From an uncultured Dehalococcoidaceae bacterium (GTDB lineage Bacteria > Chloroflexota > Dehalococcoidia > Dehalococcoidales > RBG-16-60-22): DNA of 34,899 nt. The stretch covers positions 3,739-38,637 of the forward strand of contig CAZQWO010000002.1 of NCBI GenBank assembly GCA_964597015.1, given 5' to 3'. Position numbers and translations under genes: made by a program. Shown piece after piece: positions 1 to 9,844 of the stretch (the first letter of the stretch is position 1; every line of letters starts with the position of its first letter). The notes beneath the pieces were generated by a model. That model did no database searches. It worked only from the letters and a program-made list of their open reading frames with translations, and was not told where the DNA came from.

Positions 1-7
1 CCCTGAC

Positions 8-376
8 CTACTGCGACTCGAATTCTTCCTTGGCCAGTGATACGAGTATGGTTGAGGCTACACCCAGCGGGAACATGCCAAGTATGGCAATGATGGAGCC
101 AGCCAGCGCCCATCCCCATTTCCTTCTCTGCAGGGCAAATACGCCGCCAACTATGGGAAGTACTGCCTGGATGATGGTAATAACCAGTACGATTATTAAT
201 ATGGTGCTTATCATGGGCGTCATAAAGGGGGCGTTTGCGGGCGGCAGGAGCTGCATGACGTAGGCGCCACTGCTGATGATAGCAATGGCGATGATGAGCC
301 CTATAGCACCCAGGACATTAAACGCTCCGGTGATAATATTCAATATTCCGGCTGTTGTTGGTTTCCATGTTTTCAT
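8..376 (-). CDS. Small 4-TM integral membrane protein of unknown family (paralog A of a divergent pair)
   Basis: ORF 8..391. The ATG at 376 lies 6 nt after GAGGAGG. Four hydrophobic segments. Collinear with the 520..900 product (TWKP..AG.L.I..G ; QR(R/K).WG.ALAGSI.AIL ; EFE near the C-terminus). Confidence 0.7.
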   Translation of the reverse strand: MKTWKPTTAGILNIITGAFNVLGAIGLIIAIAIISSGAYVMQLLPPANAPFMTPMISTILIIVLVITIIQAVLPIVGGVFALQRRKWGWALAGSIIAILGMFPLGVASTILVSLAKEEFESQ

Positions 377-481
377 TTCTATCCTCCTCACATAGGAGTG
401 CTGAAATTGTAACGCATAGCCTATTAAACTGCAATAGCCGGCTCATGCTGACCGGCTCCTTATGTCGATGATTGTGCGGTC

Positions 482-510
482 TCGAAAAAGCGCCTTCGAA
501 CATCTATAAT
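482..510 (+). promoter_or_regulatory. Candidate sigma70-like promoter (TCGAAA-N17-TATAAT) giving a near-leaderless mRNA for the 520..900 gene
   Basis: TATAAT at 505..510 lies only 9 nt before the ATG at 520, and no Shine-Dalgarno sequence lies between them. The -35 element is weak (4/6). Confidence 0.25.
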
Positions 511-519
511 AGTTCCGGG

Positions 520-900
520 ATGGAGACGACCTGGAAGCCCGTAGCGGCCGGCGTTCTGGACATCGTGCTGGGTATACTCAACCTGTTTGGCATGTTTGTT
601 GTCATAGGCCTCCTGGTCGCCTTTGGTGGCGGTGTTCTGACCGTAGTCCGTGTTGCTGAATTATTACCACTCTGGCTGTCCGGGATGGTACAGGGGGTTC
701 TGATAGTCATGGCTATTCTGCTGGCGGTATCAAGTGCACTGCCCTTGATTGGCGGGATTTATGCTGTGCAGAGGAAGTCATGGGGTCTGGCACTCGCCGG
801 TTCCATCGTGGCGATACTGTCGCTGGCGCCAGCGGGCATTGTATCCACGGTGCTGATTGCCTTATCCCGGAATGAATTCGAAAAATATGATAGATTCTAG
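520..900 (+). CDS. Small 4-TM integral membrane protein of unknown family (paralog B)
   Basis: ORF 472..900. The internal ATG at 520 gives METTWKP..., aligned with the MKTWKP N-terminus of paralog A. Same TM layout and conserved motifs. Confidence 0.7.
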   Translation: METTWKPVAAGVLDIVLGILNLFGMFVVIGLLVAFGGGVLTVVRVAELLPLWLSGMVQGVLIVMAILLAVSSALPLIGGIYAVQRKSWGLALAGSIVAILSLAPAGIVSTVLIALSRNEFEKYDRF

Positions 901-929
901 TATAGTAAATGAATCAGGGAGGATTGACC

Positions 930-1382
930 ATGATACAGAGAATCAATCATGTCAGCATTACGGTTAAGGACTTGGACAAGGTTATACAGTGGTTTAGAGA
1001 TGTAATGGGCTGTACCAACATCTGGGAGCCATACGAATATAAAGGGGATTTGATTGAGACGTGCCTCGGTATACCCGGCGTGCACCTTAGAGTCCAGAAA
1101 GTGCAGGTCCAGGATTTCGTCCTGGAGTTTATCCAGTATCTGTCGCCGCCGGGCAGGGAACTCAAAGGTAACACCAACGACGTTGGCTATCCCCATATAG
1201 GTTTTGTGGTTGATGACATCGTCGGGATGTATGAGGACATGAAGCGGAAAGGCGCGCAATTCAAGTCCCCACCGTGCCAGATTACCGATAAAAGTAACCC
1301 GATGATTGGCTGGCAGATGGTCTTTGTATGGGGACCTGAGGGTATGACTCTGGAGCTGGTTCAGGCGCCGAAAAAAGAATAG
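930..1382 (+). CDS. VOC (glyoxalase/bleomycin resistance/dioxygenase) family protein
   Basis: ORF 909..1382. The ATG at 930 is preceded by GGGAGGA. The N-terminus MIQRINHVSITVKDLDKV is typical of VOC beta-alpha-beta-beta-beta modules, and the size is about 150 aa. Confidence 0.75.
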   Translation: MIQRINHVSITVKDLDKVIQWFRDVMGCTNIWEPYEYKGDLIETCLGIPGVHLRVQKVQVQDFVLEFIQYLSPPGRELKGNTNDVGYPHIGFVVDDIVGMYEDMKRKGAQFKSPPCQITDKSNPMIGWQMVFVWGPEGMTLELVQAPKKE

Positions 1383-1422
1383 GCTGGCTCTTTATATCCG
1401 GCGTGGTTCAGGGAAACAGGCA

Positions 1423-2103
1423 TCAGCGCTTGCGGGTGTAGAAGACACAATGGCGTGCTTCTTTGGGGTCGGTGAAGTGCATCACCCCACCAAGCTCCTC
1501 TGAAGACTCGCTTTCCACCAGCCCCATGCCGTGCCCGGCTAGGATCTGCAGCACACGCTGCTCATCGTAAAGCTGGAAAGAGCGTTCCGTGCCATAGTCC
1601 TTATCGTAGATAGTAAGCACGCCGTCACCGTTTTTGAACATCAGCTGCAATACGCCACCGGGTTTCAGCACCCGGCACAGCTCGGGCAGGGTGATTGCCT
1701 CTACCATGGCCGGTTCGATATGCTGGATAACGGCGTTGCACATGACAAAGTCGAAGAAAGCGGTGGCAAAAGGGAGCCCTTTGCGTAAATCAGCCACGGA
1801 TAACCTGCCCGCAATATCAGGGTGGAGTTTTACCGCTATATCAATGTTTTCCTTTACGGCGTCCACACCGAAGATATCGCAACCATCACGCCAGAGGGAG
1901 TAGACATCGCGGGCGCCGGCGCCACAGCCGGCATCTAGACCGCGATTACCGGGAACCAGCGTCTTGAGGTGCTCGATTAACGCCAGGTCTCCGGTCAGTT
2001 TCGGGCAGGATGCCTCAATGTATACCGATTGCAGGTACTGATGTGCCACCTCGGCATACCGTTCCGCATACCGCGTGTAGAATTTTTCCGAGTAGTCTTC
2101 CAC
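1423..2103 (-). CDS. Class I SAM-dependent methyltransferase
   Basis: Motif I LDAGCGAGARD and downstream FDFVMCNAVIQH / LKPGGVL blocks. GTG start 3 nt after the stop of the upstream gene. Confidence 0.75.
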   Translation of the reverse strand: MEDYSEKFYTRYAERYAEVAHQYLQSVYIEASCPKLTGDLALIEHLKTLVPGNRGLDAGCGAGARDVYSLWRDGCDIFGVDAVKENIDIAVKLHPDIAGRLSVADLRKGLPFATAFFDFVMCNAVIQHIEPAMVEAITLPELCRVLKPGGVLQLMFKNGDGVLTIYDKDYGTERSFQLYDEQRVLQILAGHGMGLVESESSEELGGVMHFTDPKEARHCVFYTRKR

Positions 2104-2106
2104 CGT

Positions 2107-2769
2107 TCAAGCCAGGCTGTCCAGTTTTTGTTTTAAGCGCTGCGCCGATAGACGGGCGCTGGACAGGATGGGCACCCTGCGGCTGGTCTCAGGGGCCTGT
2201 TTCACGACTCCTTCCATGGATGGCTGGGGTACCACTATTACGTCTACCTCATCCATCGGCTGGTCCAGGTACTCCAGGACAATGCGGTCGTGGGTGGCCA
2301 TATCGTCGCGCCTCAGGGCGTCGAAAGCCCCCGGGCACAGCAAGGTTTTTACTTCGATTTTCCTTCCTTGTTCCGTTGCTTCTTCCTTGATTAACTGCGC
2401 CGCCGATGCCAGCATGCCGGGATGGGTTCCCAGGATACCGATGCGGTCGCCCGCGTCCATTGCCTCCTCAACCATGATCTCAAGAACCGATAGCACTGGA
2501 ACATTAACGGCCTCTCCGACCTCGTCGACCAGACGGCCGAAGGCGGTGCAGGTGAGCAGCACAACCTCGGCGCCCGACTCTTCAGCGAAAGATGACAGCG
2601 CTTTCAGCCGGCGAAGAACCCGGCCGCGCAACTCTTTGCTGGCCATAGCCGGCAGCCCTTCGTCAACGAGATGGACGACTTCCACATCGGGCATAACTTC
2701 AGCGGTCAATTCGTTAAATAGTCGAACATTGAACCAGCCGGCGTGTACCATGCCTACTTTTCGTCCCAT
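2107..2769 (-). CDS. Asp/Glu/hydantoin racemase family protein
   Basis: ORF 2107..2820. The ATG at 2769 lies behind GGAGGT. LLTCTAFG and LLCPGAF Cys-containing blocks are spaced as in two-Cys racemase/isomerase-fold proteins. Confidence 0.6.
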   Translation of the reverse strand: MGRKVGMVHAGWFNVRLFNELTAEVMPDVEVVHLVDEGLPAMASKELRGRVLRRLKALSSFAEESGAEVVLLTCTAFGRLVDEVGEAVNVPVLSVLEIMVEEAMDAGDRIGILGTHPGMLASAAQLIKEEATEQGRKIEVKTLLCPGAFDALRRDDMATHDRIVLEYLDQPMDEVDVIVVPQPSMEGVVKQAPETSRRVPILSSARLSAQRLKQKLDSLA

Positions 2770-2857
2770 TCTATACCTCCGGAGCGAACTTAATAATTTA
2801 ACCATTAATCCAATTCTCATTTCAACAAAGGTCCAGAAAGCAGCTTGGTCGGAGCTC

Positions 2858-2887
2858 TTGACAGCATGGGCGAAGAAGAACTAAATA
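2858..2887 (+). promoter_or_regulatory. Candidate promoter TTGACA-N18-TAAATA for the 2921/3942 gene pair
   Basis: Perfect -35 at 2858..2863 and an AT-rich -10 at 2882..2887, in the 150-nt divergent intergenic region. Confidence 0.3.
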
Positions 2888-2920
2888 ATGATATATTGTA
2901 AGTGTTAAAAGAGAGGAGTC

Positions 2921-3883
2921 GTGGCGACAATTATGGAACTCAAAGATATTAAAAAGGTGGGGGTTGTTGGCGCCGGTACCATGGGCCCCGGAATAGCGAT
3001 AAACTTTGCGCTCTGGGGGTACCCGACCATGCTCTGCGATGTCAGCGATAACATTCTGGAAAAGGCCACCGTAAGAATAAAACGTGACCTGGATGTCTTT
3101 GTTCAGGAAGGACTGGTAACAAGAAAGCAGGTCGACGAAACTATGGGCAGAGTTACTACTACCACTGGGCTGGCAAGGGTCGCCGAAAGCAGCGATTTCA
3201 TAACTGAGGCTATAACCGAGAGTGTTGAGGACAAGCGGCAGCTCTTCAATAAACTTGACCGGCTATGCCCATCTCATACTATAATCGCAAGTAATGCCTC
3301 CTTTCTGTTGCTCAGTGAATTTGGTTCCGGGGTCAGGAGACAGGACAAGATAGCCATTACCCACTACTTCGTGCCGCCACACATCATTCCCGGAGTTGAA
3401 GTAGCGGTAGGCCCGGGAACGTCAGAGGAGACCATCAATATCATCTGCGACCTGATGAGAAAGGTCAGGAAAGTACCGATAAAGGTGCTTAAAGAATCGT
3501 CCGGGAGTCTGGTCAACCGGATACAGGCCGCTTTGCGGAGAGAGGCGTTCCGCGTTTGGGCGGAGGGGATAGCCACGGCTGAGGATATTGACCTGGGAGT
3601 CAGGGCAACATTTGGCTTTCGCCTTCCCCTTGATGGGCCGATAACACACTATGACCTTTCCGGTGTCTGGCGGTGGGATAAAGACGTCCGGGTTGCCTGG
3701 GCAGAAAAGCAGTTTGACAGTGCCAAATACGGGCTGGATGAAGAAATAGCGACCAGGATAAAGGAACGCATTGCCCAGGGCGTACCCTGGATTATTGACC
3801 CGGGCCAGTTTGACCAGCAAAAAGATAAGATAGAAAGGGAATACATCAGCTGTCTCAAGAAATGGTACTGGCCGAAAGAATAA
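2921..3883 (+). CDS. 3-hydroxyacyl-CoA dehydrogenase family NAD-binding protein
   Basis: Rossmann motif VGVVGAGTMGPGIAINFA near the N-terminus, about 320 aa, with HADH-like N- and C-domains. The start is GTG 2921 or ATG 2933, after AGAGAGGAG. Confidence 0.7.
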   Translation: MATIMELKDIKKVGVVGAGTMGPGIAINFALWGYPTMLCDVSDNILEKATVRIKRDLDVFVQEGLVTRKQVDETMGRVTTTTGLARVAESSDFITEAITESVEDKRQLFNKLDRLCPSHTIIASNASFLLLSEFGSGVRRQDKIAITHYFVPPHIIPGVEVAVGPGTSEETINIICDLMRKVRKVPIKVLKESSGSLVNRIQAALRREAFRVWAEGIATAEDIDLGVRATFGFRLPLDGPITHYDLSGVWRWDKDVRVAWAEKQFDSAKYGLDEEIATRIKERIAQGVPWIIDPGQFDQQKDKIEREYISCLKKWYWPKE

Positions 3884-3941
3884 ATTGGGGCGGTATTTTT
3901 CACCGGGTGCAAATAATCTATTAATGTAAAAGGAGGGATAC

Positions 3942-4925
3942 ATGGAAGACTTCGAAATCATTGACATGCACGTTCACCTGTGCCGGACAAAAGAAGAAGA
4001 GGGCACTTACTTTCCGCTGCCAGGCCGCCGGGAGCGTGATAGATGGGCCACCCCGGAGAGAATGGTAGAATTCATGGATAGAAACAACATATCTAATACG
4101 GCTTTCATGATTCTGGTGCCCCGGCAATCCCGCGGCCCGCTGTACGAAAAAGCAAAACTATGGGGGCTGCCTGAGGCGCAACAGCGGAAGGAGAAGGCGA
4201 AAATCAGCCAGCAAATCGGCCCCATAATGCGTGAGATGAATGAGTGGGGGTGTGGGGTGGGTCGTCGCCTTCCCAGGTTACTGCCCTTTATCGGCATGTC
4301 TGACGACCTGGGGAGCCCTGAAGCTATGGCGGAAGAGGTGGCTCTGAGGGCTGGGCAGGGAGCGAAGGGATTAAAAATGCATCCCGGGCAGTTTTCCCAT
4401 TACCCGGACGACGAGGCATTCTGGCCCGCCTATGAGAAATGCCAGGAACTGGGCCTGCCTATCCTGGCCGATTCTGGACCCTGGCCGCACTCACATCTGG
4501 TATATATGTATCCCAACCCGCTGGGTTATAACCTGCCTGAAGATGAGAAGAATTACGCGGAACCCAAGAACTGGGCGAAGGTACTCAGGGCTTTTCCGAA
4601 GCTGACGGTTATACTGGCCCACCTTGGTTCAGCCTGGTGGGACGAGAGGGTGGAGCTGGCTCAGACGTTCCCCAATGTCTATTTTGACACGTCGCAGGGG
4701 TTTGCGGCACCGGACCAGCTGCCGGTGGTTGCCCGGCGCGGCCTTGCCGAAGAAGATGTCGTCCGGGTCCTCCGTAAAATCGGCGTGGAAAGGATAGTGT
4801 TTGGTAGCGATATGCCCGGGATACCGCTGCAACCACAGCTGGAACAGATATTACGGCTGCGCTTTACTGATGAGGAAAAGCGCATGATACTGGCGGAGAA
4901 TGCCAAGCGTATTCTCCGTATTTAA
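3942..4925 (+). CDS. Amidohydrolase_2-type metal-dependent TIM-barrel hydrolase (paralog P1, 327 aa)
   Basis: IDMHVHL (HxH), KMHPG, LAHLG, FDTS and FGSD ligand-like positions. AGGAGGG Shine-Dalgarno sequence. Collinear with the products of 20145..21128 and 31823..32806. Confidence 0.8.
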   Translation: MEDFEIIDMHVHLCRTKEEEGTYFPLPGRRERDRWATPERMVEFMDRNNISNTAFMILVPRQSRGPLYEKAKLWGLPEAQQRKEKAKISQQIGPIMREMNEWGCGVGRRLPRLLPFIGMSDDLGSPEAMAEEVALRAGQGAKGLKMHPGQFSHYPDDEAFWPAYEKCQELGLPILADSGPWPHSHLVYMYPNPLGYNLPEDEKNYAEPKNWAKVLRAFPKLTVILAHLGSAWWDERVELAQTFPNVYFDTSQGFAAPDQLPVVARRGLAEEDVVRVLRKIGVERIVFGSDMPGIPLQPQLEQILRLRFTDEEKRMILAENAKRILRI

Positions 4926-5010
4926 ATAATCTGGTAACCGGGTTTTTCAATTTAGCTGTCGGTGAGATACCTTAAGCAAGCTGCTCGTTATTTGGTGCAG
5001 TTTATACGGA

Positions 5011-5823
5011 CTATTCTTTGTCAGCTAGCTTGATCTCAAACAACCAGGGCCACAGTTTTCCGGTCACAAATAGCCGGTCGTTCGCTGCGTCATAAGCAAT
5101 ACCATTTAAAACATCGACGGGTGGGCTATGTTCCTGCGACTGCAAAAGCCCTGACAAATCCAGCCATGCGGTCAATTGGCCGGTGTTTAAGTCAATTACC
5201 GCTATATTATCAGTCTGCCATACGTTGGCGTATACCTGGCCCTTGATGTATTCCAGTTCATTGAGCCTGTCAATTGGAGTGTCATTATGGTGAACTTCGA
5301 TATGGCCGATGATTCTGAAGGTTTCAGGGTCCAGAAAATACAGGGTAGAGGTGCCGTCGCTCATAATCAGGCGTTCTCCATCATGCGTGATACCCCAGCC
5401 TTCGGTGGCGTAGGTAAAATTGCCTGTTAGCTTGAAGCTGTCTCTGTCATAAATCAAACCAGTTCTGGATTTCCAGGTTAACTGGATGAGCCTGTCTCCG
5501 AGGACGGTGATACCTTCTCCAAAATACTGAGCGGGTAACCCGTGGATTTGCTGTACATCGCCGGTTTCCAGATCCACTTTCCGTAACGTGGATTTCCCGT
5601 ATAGCCCGGTTCCCTCATAGAGAACTCCGTTTTCAAACGCCAGTCCCTGTGTGAAAGCAGCCCTGTCATGGGGGTAGGTATTGACGATTTCATATCCGTA
5701 GACCGGGATGGAGACGTTAAGGCTGACCGGTTCAGGGGGTCCAAAACATGAGCTGATACCCAGAACGGCCAGTAATAGAAACAGTGCGCCGAGCAGTTTG
5801 CTAGGAAATTGAACTGAAAACAT
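5011..5823 (-). CDS. Glutaminyl-peptide cyclotransferase (beta-propeller glutamine cyclotransferase), predicted lipoprotein
   Basis: YPHDRAAFTQGLAFENGVLYEGTGLYGKSTLRKVDLETG and later propeller blades match the plant/bacterial QC family. N-terminal signal peptide with lipobox ISSC. Confidence 0.75.
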   Translation of the reverse strand: MFSVQFPSKLLGALFLLLAVLGISSCFGPPEPVSLNVSIPVYGYEIVNTYPHDRAAFTQGLAFENGVLYEGTGLYGKSTLRKVDLETGDVQQIHGLPAQYFGEGITVLGDRLIQLTWKSRTGLIYDRDSFKLTGNFTYATEGWGITHDGERLIMSDGTSTLYFLDPETFRIIGHIEVHHNDTPIDRLNELEYIKGQVYANVWQTDNIAVIDLNTGQLTAWLDLSGLLQSQEHSPPVDVLNGIAYDAANDRLFVTGKLWPWLFEIKLADKE

Positions 5824-5864
5824 CAGTCTCGTCTCCCATTCCTGATGTAACTGAAGAACTTACT

Positions 5865-6161
5865 TTAGCCCCCACGCTGTTGCTTGGTCGAATTCTGAAA
5901 CCGTGCCCTTACCTGTTCCGGGGACAGACCACTGACGGTTATCAGCTTCCGCTTGCCGGTCAGACCCTTTTCGATTGTCAGGGCGCTTTTGCTCACATGC
6001 AAGATACTGCTGAGATAACCAATTAATTCCTGATTGGCCCTGCCTTTAATCGGCGGGGCGGCAATTCTCAGCTGCCAAATCCCGTCCTTTTCCCCCGATA
6101 CCTCATTGCAGCGGGCGTTGGGGTATACCTGCACCTGGATTTTAGATTTTTCTTTATCCAT
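5865..6161 (-). CDS. DUF167 (YggU-like) family protein
   Basis: 98 aa, with V.PNAR.NEV...L.I...PP..G.AN.ELI..L...L.V.KS.L.I..G..GK.K pattern. Confidence 0.65.
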   Translation of the reverse strand: MDKEKSKIQVQVYPNARCNEVSGEKDGIWQLRIAAPPIKGRANQELIGYLSSILHVSKSALTIEKGLTGKRKLITVSGLSPEQVRARFQNSTKQQRGG

Positions 6162-6288
6162 ATGGCTTCCATTATTGTAGCACCCGGTCGCCTGATAATT
6201 CCTGTTTTATTGGTTCAAAAATCCTAGGAATTTTTTTGGGCAATGAGATATAATAGGGATTGTAACCGCGATTCCCATCCACGATGGA

Positions 6289-7479
6289 GTGCCGGTATTG
6301 AATGTCAGTGAGTTAAAGTCCAGAGTAATCAATGAGATAGATAATCACATTGATGAGCTTAAAGAGTTGAGTCTGAAGATACACGGTAATCCCGAGATTG
6401 CTTTTCAGGAAGAAAAAGCGGCCGCCTGGCTCACCGACTACCTGCAGGCAAATGGTTTTGCCACGGAAAAGGGTATCTGCGGGCTGACAACGGCATTTCG
6501 GGCGACCTGTGGGAGAGGGAGGCCGGTGATTGCCCTTCTGGCGGAGTATGATGCGCTGCCCAAGCTCGGTCATGCCTGCGGGCACAATATCATTGCCACC
6601 AGCGCCGTTGGCGCCGGGATAGCGGCCAGAGCGGTGGTGGATGAGCTTGGCGGTACGGTGCAGGTAATGGGCACGCCGGCTGAGGAGATGGGCGGTGGCA
6701 AGGTTTATATGATTAAGGGGGGTGCTTTTAAAGGTGTGGATGCGGTTATGATGATACACCCGGCTGGGTTGAACACCGCGACCACCAAATTTCTCGCCCT
6801 CGAAACGCTGGAGGTGGAATTTTTCGGCAAGTCGGCGCATGCCGCCGCCAGGCCTGAAGCGGGCATCAATGCGCTGGAAGCTATGTTAATGTCCTACGCC
6901 GGCATAAATTCCCTGAGGCAGCATATCAGGGACAGTGCCCGCATCCACGGCGTTATTACTGACGGCGGTGAAGCGGCCAATATCGTGCCGGCGCACACCG
7001 CCGGTCATTTCATCGTTCGGGCGGCGGAGGACAGCTACCTGGACGAATTGAAGGAGAGGGTGCTGAATTGCTTTATCGGCGCTGCCACCGCTACCGGGGC
7101 AAAATTGAAATACCGGTGGGGCAAGGTACGCTATGCCACGCTGCGCAATAATTTCACAATGGCGCGCCTGTTCCGGAAGAACCTGCAGTCTCTGGGCAGA
7201 CGGGTTCACCTGGTCGACCCCAGGATAGGTATTGGCAGCAGTGACATCGGCAATGTCAGCCAGGTAGTGCCCAGCATTCATCCGCTCGTCGCCATCGCTT
7301 CCGCCAGGGCGGTAACCCATTCTCCTCAGTTTGCCAGAACGGCTGCCTCTGAAGCCGGGACGCGCGGCCTTACCGATGCCGCTAAGGCACTGGCGATGAC
7401 CGTGGTTGACCTGATGGCTGAGCCGGCGGTGCTGGACATGGTTCAGAAAGAGTTTCAAAAGGGTGATAATTCGGGATAA
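6289..7479 (+). CDS. M20 family metallo-amidohydrolase (AbgB/M20D-like)
   Basis: LGHACGHNIIATSAVGAG metal/active-site block, about 396 aa with a dimerisation insert. The start is uncertain: GTG 6289 abuts GGAG, and TTG 6298 is better spaced. Confidence 0.7.
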   Translation: MPVLNVSELKSRVINEIDNHIDELKELSLKIHGNPEIAFQEEKAAAWLTDYLQANGFATEKGICGLTTAFRATCGRGRPVIALLAEYDALPKLGHACGHNIIATSAVGAGIAARAVVDELGGTVQVMGTPAEEMGGGKVYMIKGGAFKGVDAVMMIHPAGLNTATTKFLALETLEVEFFGKSAHAAARPEAGINALEAMLMSYAGINSLRQHIRDSARIHGVITDGGEAANIVPAHTAGHFIVRAAEDSYLDELKERVLNCFIGAATATGAKLKYRWGKVRYATLRNNFTMARLFRKNLQSLGRRVHLVDPRIGIGSSDIGNVSQVVPSIHPLVAIASARAVTHSPQFARTAASEAGTRGLTDAAKALAMTVVDLMAEPAVLDMVQKEFQKGDNSG

Positions 7480-7503
7480 GAGCTTGTATTCTAGAGGGTA
7501 TAA

Positions 7504-8520
7504 ATGATTATTGCCGTTGATGCCGCGGGCGGGGACTATGCGCCTCATGAAATCGTGAAGGGGGCCGTCAAGGCAGCTGATGAGTACAAGGTGGAGGTGG
7601 CACTGGTGGGGAAGAAAAAGGTGCTCCACGTGCTGGCGGGTCGCCATCTTGGCAAAGAGGGCATCAGCATTGTTGAGGCCAGCCAGGTTATTGAGCCCAA
7701 CGAATCGCCGATAAAAGCTATCCGCAGCAAAACAGACTCATCGATTGTGGTTGGTATAAACCTCGTAAAGAAGAGGAAAGCCGCCGCCTTTGTCTCCGCG
7801 GGTAATACCGGGGCGGTCTTCGGTGCGGCGCTGTTTGGGCTCGGGAAAATAAAGGGTATTGAGCGCCCGGCTATCGCCTGTATCATGGACATCACCCCTT
7901 CGACCCCGGCCCTATTGATTGATGCCGGTGCCAATGTTGAATGCCGTCCCGGCCACCTCGTTCAATTTGCCGAGATGGGCGTTGTGTTCAGTAAGCATGT
8001 GCTCGGCATCAGCGAGCCGCGGGTTGGCCTCCTCAGCAATGGCGCGGAAGAGACCAAGGGAAACCAGCTGGTTCAGGAAAGCTACCAGCTCCTGAAGAAG
8101 GCAAAATATCTGAATTTTATCGGCAATATTGAAGGCCATGATATTCTGAAGGTGGTGGCGGATGTGGTTGTTACCGATGGTTTTACCGGCAATATTGTGC
8201 TTAAGACCATCGAGGGCATGAGCGACACATTCTTGGGTTCGGCACGACAGGTCGGGCAGGTCATTTCCAATGCCTACCACTTCAGAGGCCGCGACCTGCT
8301 CCGCGACCTTGGTCTCGGCTCCTGGGTCAACCGGATAGACTATCGCGAATACGGCGGGGCGTGCCTGCTGGGCGTGAACGGGAATGTCATCATTGCCCAT
8401 GGACGCAGCCAGGCCAAGACCATTAAAAACGCCATCGGCATTGCCAAGCATATGGCTGAAGAAAACATCGCACAGGTAATCAAGGAGGAGATTCATGAGC
8501 AAGTCAGTAGAAGTGAGTGA
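7504..8520 (+). CDS. plsX: Phosphate acyltransferase PlsX
   Basis: [15 protein letters not shown]-terminus, VSAGNTGA and [10 protein letters not shown] blocks, 338 aa. Confidence 0.9.
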   Translation: MIIAVDAAGGDYAPHEIVKGAVKAADEYKVEVALVGKKKVLHVLAGRHLGKEGISIVEASQVIEPNESPIKAIRSKTDSSIVVGINLVKKRKAAAFVSAGNTGAVFGAALFGLGKIKGIERPAIACIMDITPSTPALLIDAGANVECRPGHLVQFAEMGVVFSKHVLGISEPRVGLLSNGAEETKGNQLVQESYQLLKKAKYLNFIGNIEGHDILKVVADVVVTDGFTGNIVLKTIEGMSDTFLGSARQVGQVISNAYHFRGRDLLRDLGLGSWVNRIDYREYGGACLLGVNGNVIIAHGRSQAKTIKNAIGIAKHMAEENIAQVIKEEIHEQVSRSE

Positions 8521-8818
8521 CAGCAATTTTGACCAGATGGTGCTGCAGTCGAAAACGCCGGTGATGGTCGATTTCTGGGCGGTCTGGTGTGGGCCCTGCC
8601 GTATGGTGGAGCCCATTGTTGAGGAGCTGGCCGGTGAGTACGAAGGCAAGGTCACCGTTGCCAGGTTGAACGTTGATGAGAACCCGAAGACGGCCAGCCA
8701 GTACGGTATCATGAGCATCCCGACGCTGCTCATATTCAAGGATGGAGCGCCGGTTTCGAATATCATTGGTTTCCGACCCAAAGCGGAACTGAAAAGAGGC
8801 ATTGATGCTGTCCTTTAG
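8495..8818 (+). CDS. trxA: Thioredoxin
   Basis: 107 aa with [13 protein letters not shown] active site. GGAGGAG Shine-Dalgarno sequence. The start lies 26 nt inside the plsX 3' end. Confidence 0.92.
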   Translation: MSKSVEVSDSNFDQMVLQSKTPVMVDFWAVWCGPCRMVEPIVEELAGEYEGKVTVARLNVDENPKTASQYGIMSIPTLLIFKDGAPVSNIIGFRPKAELKRGIDAVL

Positions 8819-8848
8819 ATAATAAGCAAGCCATGGTTATGCAGGAGG

Positions 8849-9781
8849 ATGAGGTTGGCGACAAAGCGCGAGTATGAAGTGGTCATTATCGGGAGCGGGC
8901 CGGCGGGGCTCACTGCGGGCATCTATGCGGCAAGGGCGAGGCTGAAAAGCCTGCTCGTTGAGAGGGGGGCCACGGGCGGCTGGATTATAAATGCCGGCCT
9001 GGTGGAAAACTATCCCGGCTTTCCCGATGGTATCAATGGCCTGGAACTGGCCGATGCCATGCAGCAGCAGGCACAAAAATTTGGCCTGGAGACATTAACC
9101 GCCGAGGTGACCGGCCTTGAGCTGAAGGGCGAGCAGAAGGTGCTGAAGACAAGCGAAGGGGACATCGTCGCCAGAGCGGTCATCGTCGCCGGTGGCTCGG
9201 ACCGGGTCAAGCTTGGAGTCCCCGGCGAGGACGAGTTCACCGGTCGGGGCGTGGCCTATTGCGCCGTGTGCGATGGCTATTTCTATCGGGACGTCCCGGT
9301 GGCGGTGGTGGGCGGCGGCAATGCCGCCATGAACGAAGCGCTGGAGCTAACCAAATTCGCCTCAAAGGTTACTGTAATACACCGCCGCGATGAACTGCGC
9401 GCCACCAAAATCCTGCAGGAAAGAGCCCTCGCCGAGAAGAAAATAGTATTCCTGTGGGACACGGTGGTCGAGGCGGTTGAAGGGAAAGACACGGTAAAAA
9501 AGCTCGGGCTGAAAAATGTTAAGACCGGGGAAAAGTCCACTCTGGATATATCCGGCGTCTTTGTCGCCGTTGGTTTCAAGCCAAACACGGGCTATCTGAA
9601 AAAAATCATCACGCTGGCCGACAACGGCACCGTAATCACCAATGAAAAAATGGAGACCGATGTGCCGGGCATTTTTGCCGCCGGAGACATAAGGTCGAGC
9701 TCAATACGGCAGGTCGCTGGGGCGGTGGGCGATGGTGCGGTGGCGGCGATATATGCGGAGCATTACCTCGCCGGTAAATAA
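8849..9781 (+). CDS. trxB: Thioredoxin-disulfide reductase
   Basis: IIGSGPAGLTAGIYAARA FAD motif, redox CAVCDG, GGGNAAMNEA NADPH motif and GIFAAGD. The ATG at 8849 abuts AGGAGG, so TTG 8855 may be the real start. Confidence 0.9.
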   Translation: MRLATKREYEVVIIGSGPAGLTAGIYAARARLKSLLVERGATGGWIINAGLVENYPGFPDGINGLELADAMQQQAQKFGLETLTAEVTGLELKGEQKVLKTSEGDIVARAVIVAGGSDRVKLGVPGEDEFTGRGVAYCAVCDGYFYRDVPVAVVGGGNAAMNEALELTKFASKVTVIHRRDELRATKILQERALAEKKIVFLWDTVVEAVEGKDTVKKLGLKNVKTGEKSTLDISGVFVAVGFKPNTGYLKKIITLADNGTVITNEKMETDVPGIFAAGDIRSSSIRQVAGAVGDGAVAAIYAEHYLAGK

Positions 9782-9844
9782 AAATTGTCCCTCTCTTGGT
9801 GGGCAATATTGGCGTAAAGTATAATGATGGCAAGGAGATAGTGG

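Noticed and set aside
3942-4925. The three similar 984-nt genes as copies of a mobile or repeat element.
   Set aside because: Similarity is mainly at the protein level (about half the residues). The flanks are unrelated, and there are no terminal inverted or direct repeats. They are ordinary diverged paralogs.
7912-8802. A 296-aa ORF on the minus strand opposite plsX/trxA. Similar long antisense ORFs occur at 6886..7647(-), 10326..11174(-), 12543..13160(-), 2168..2884(+), 18746..19774(+), 21133..21633(+) and 23174..23830(+).
   Set aside because: Each lies fully inside a strongly supported gene on the other strand. They have no recognisable motifs or Shine-Dalgarno sequences, and their composition is skewed and low-complexity (Pro/Arg/Gly/Ser-rich). 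They are shadow ORFs typical of moderately GC-rich DNA.
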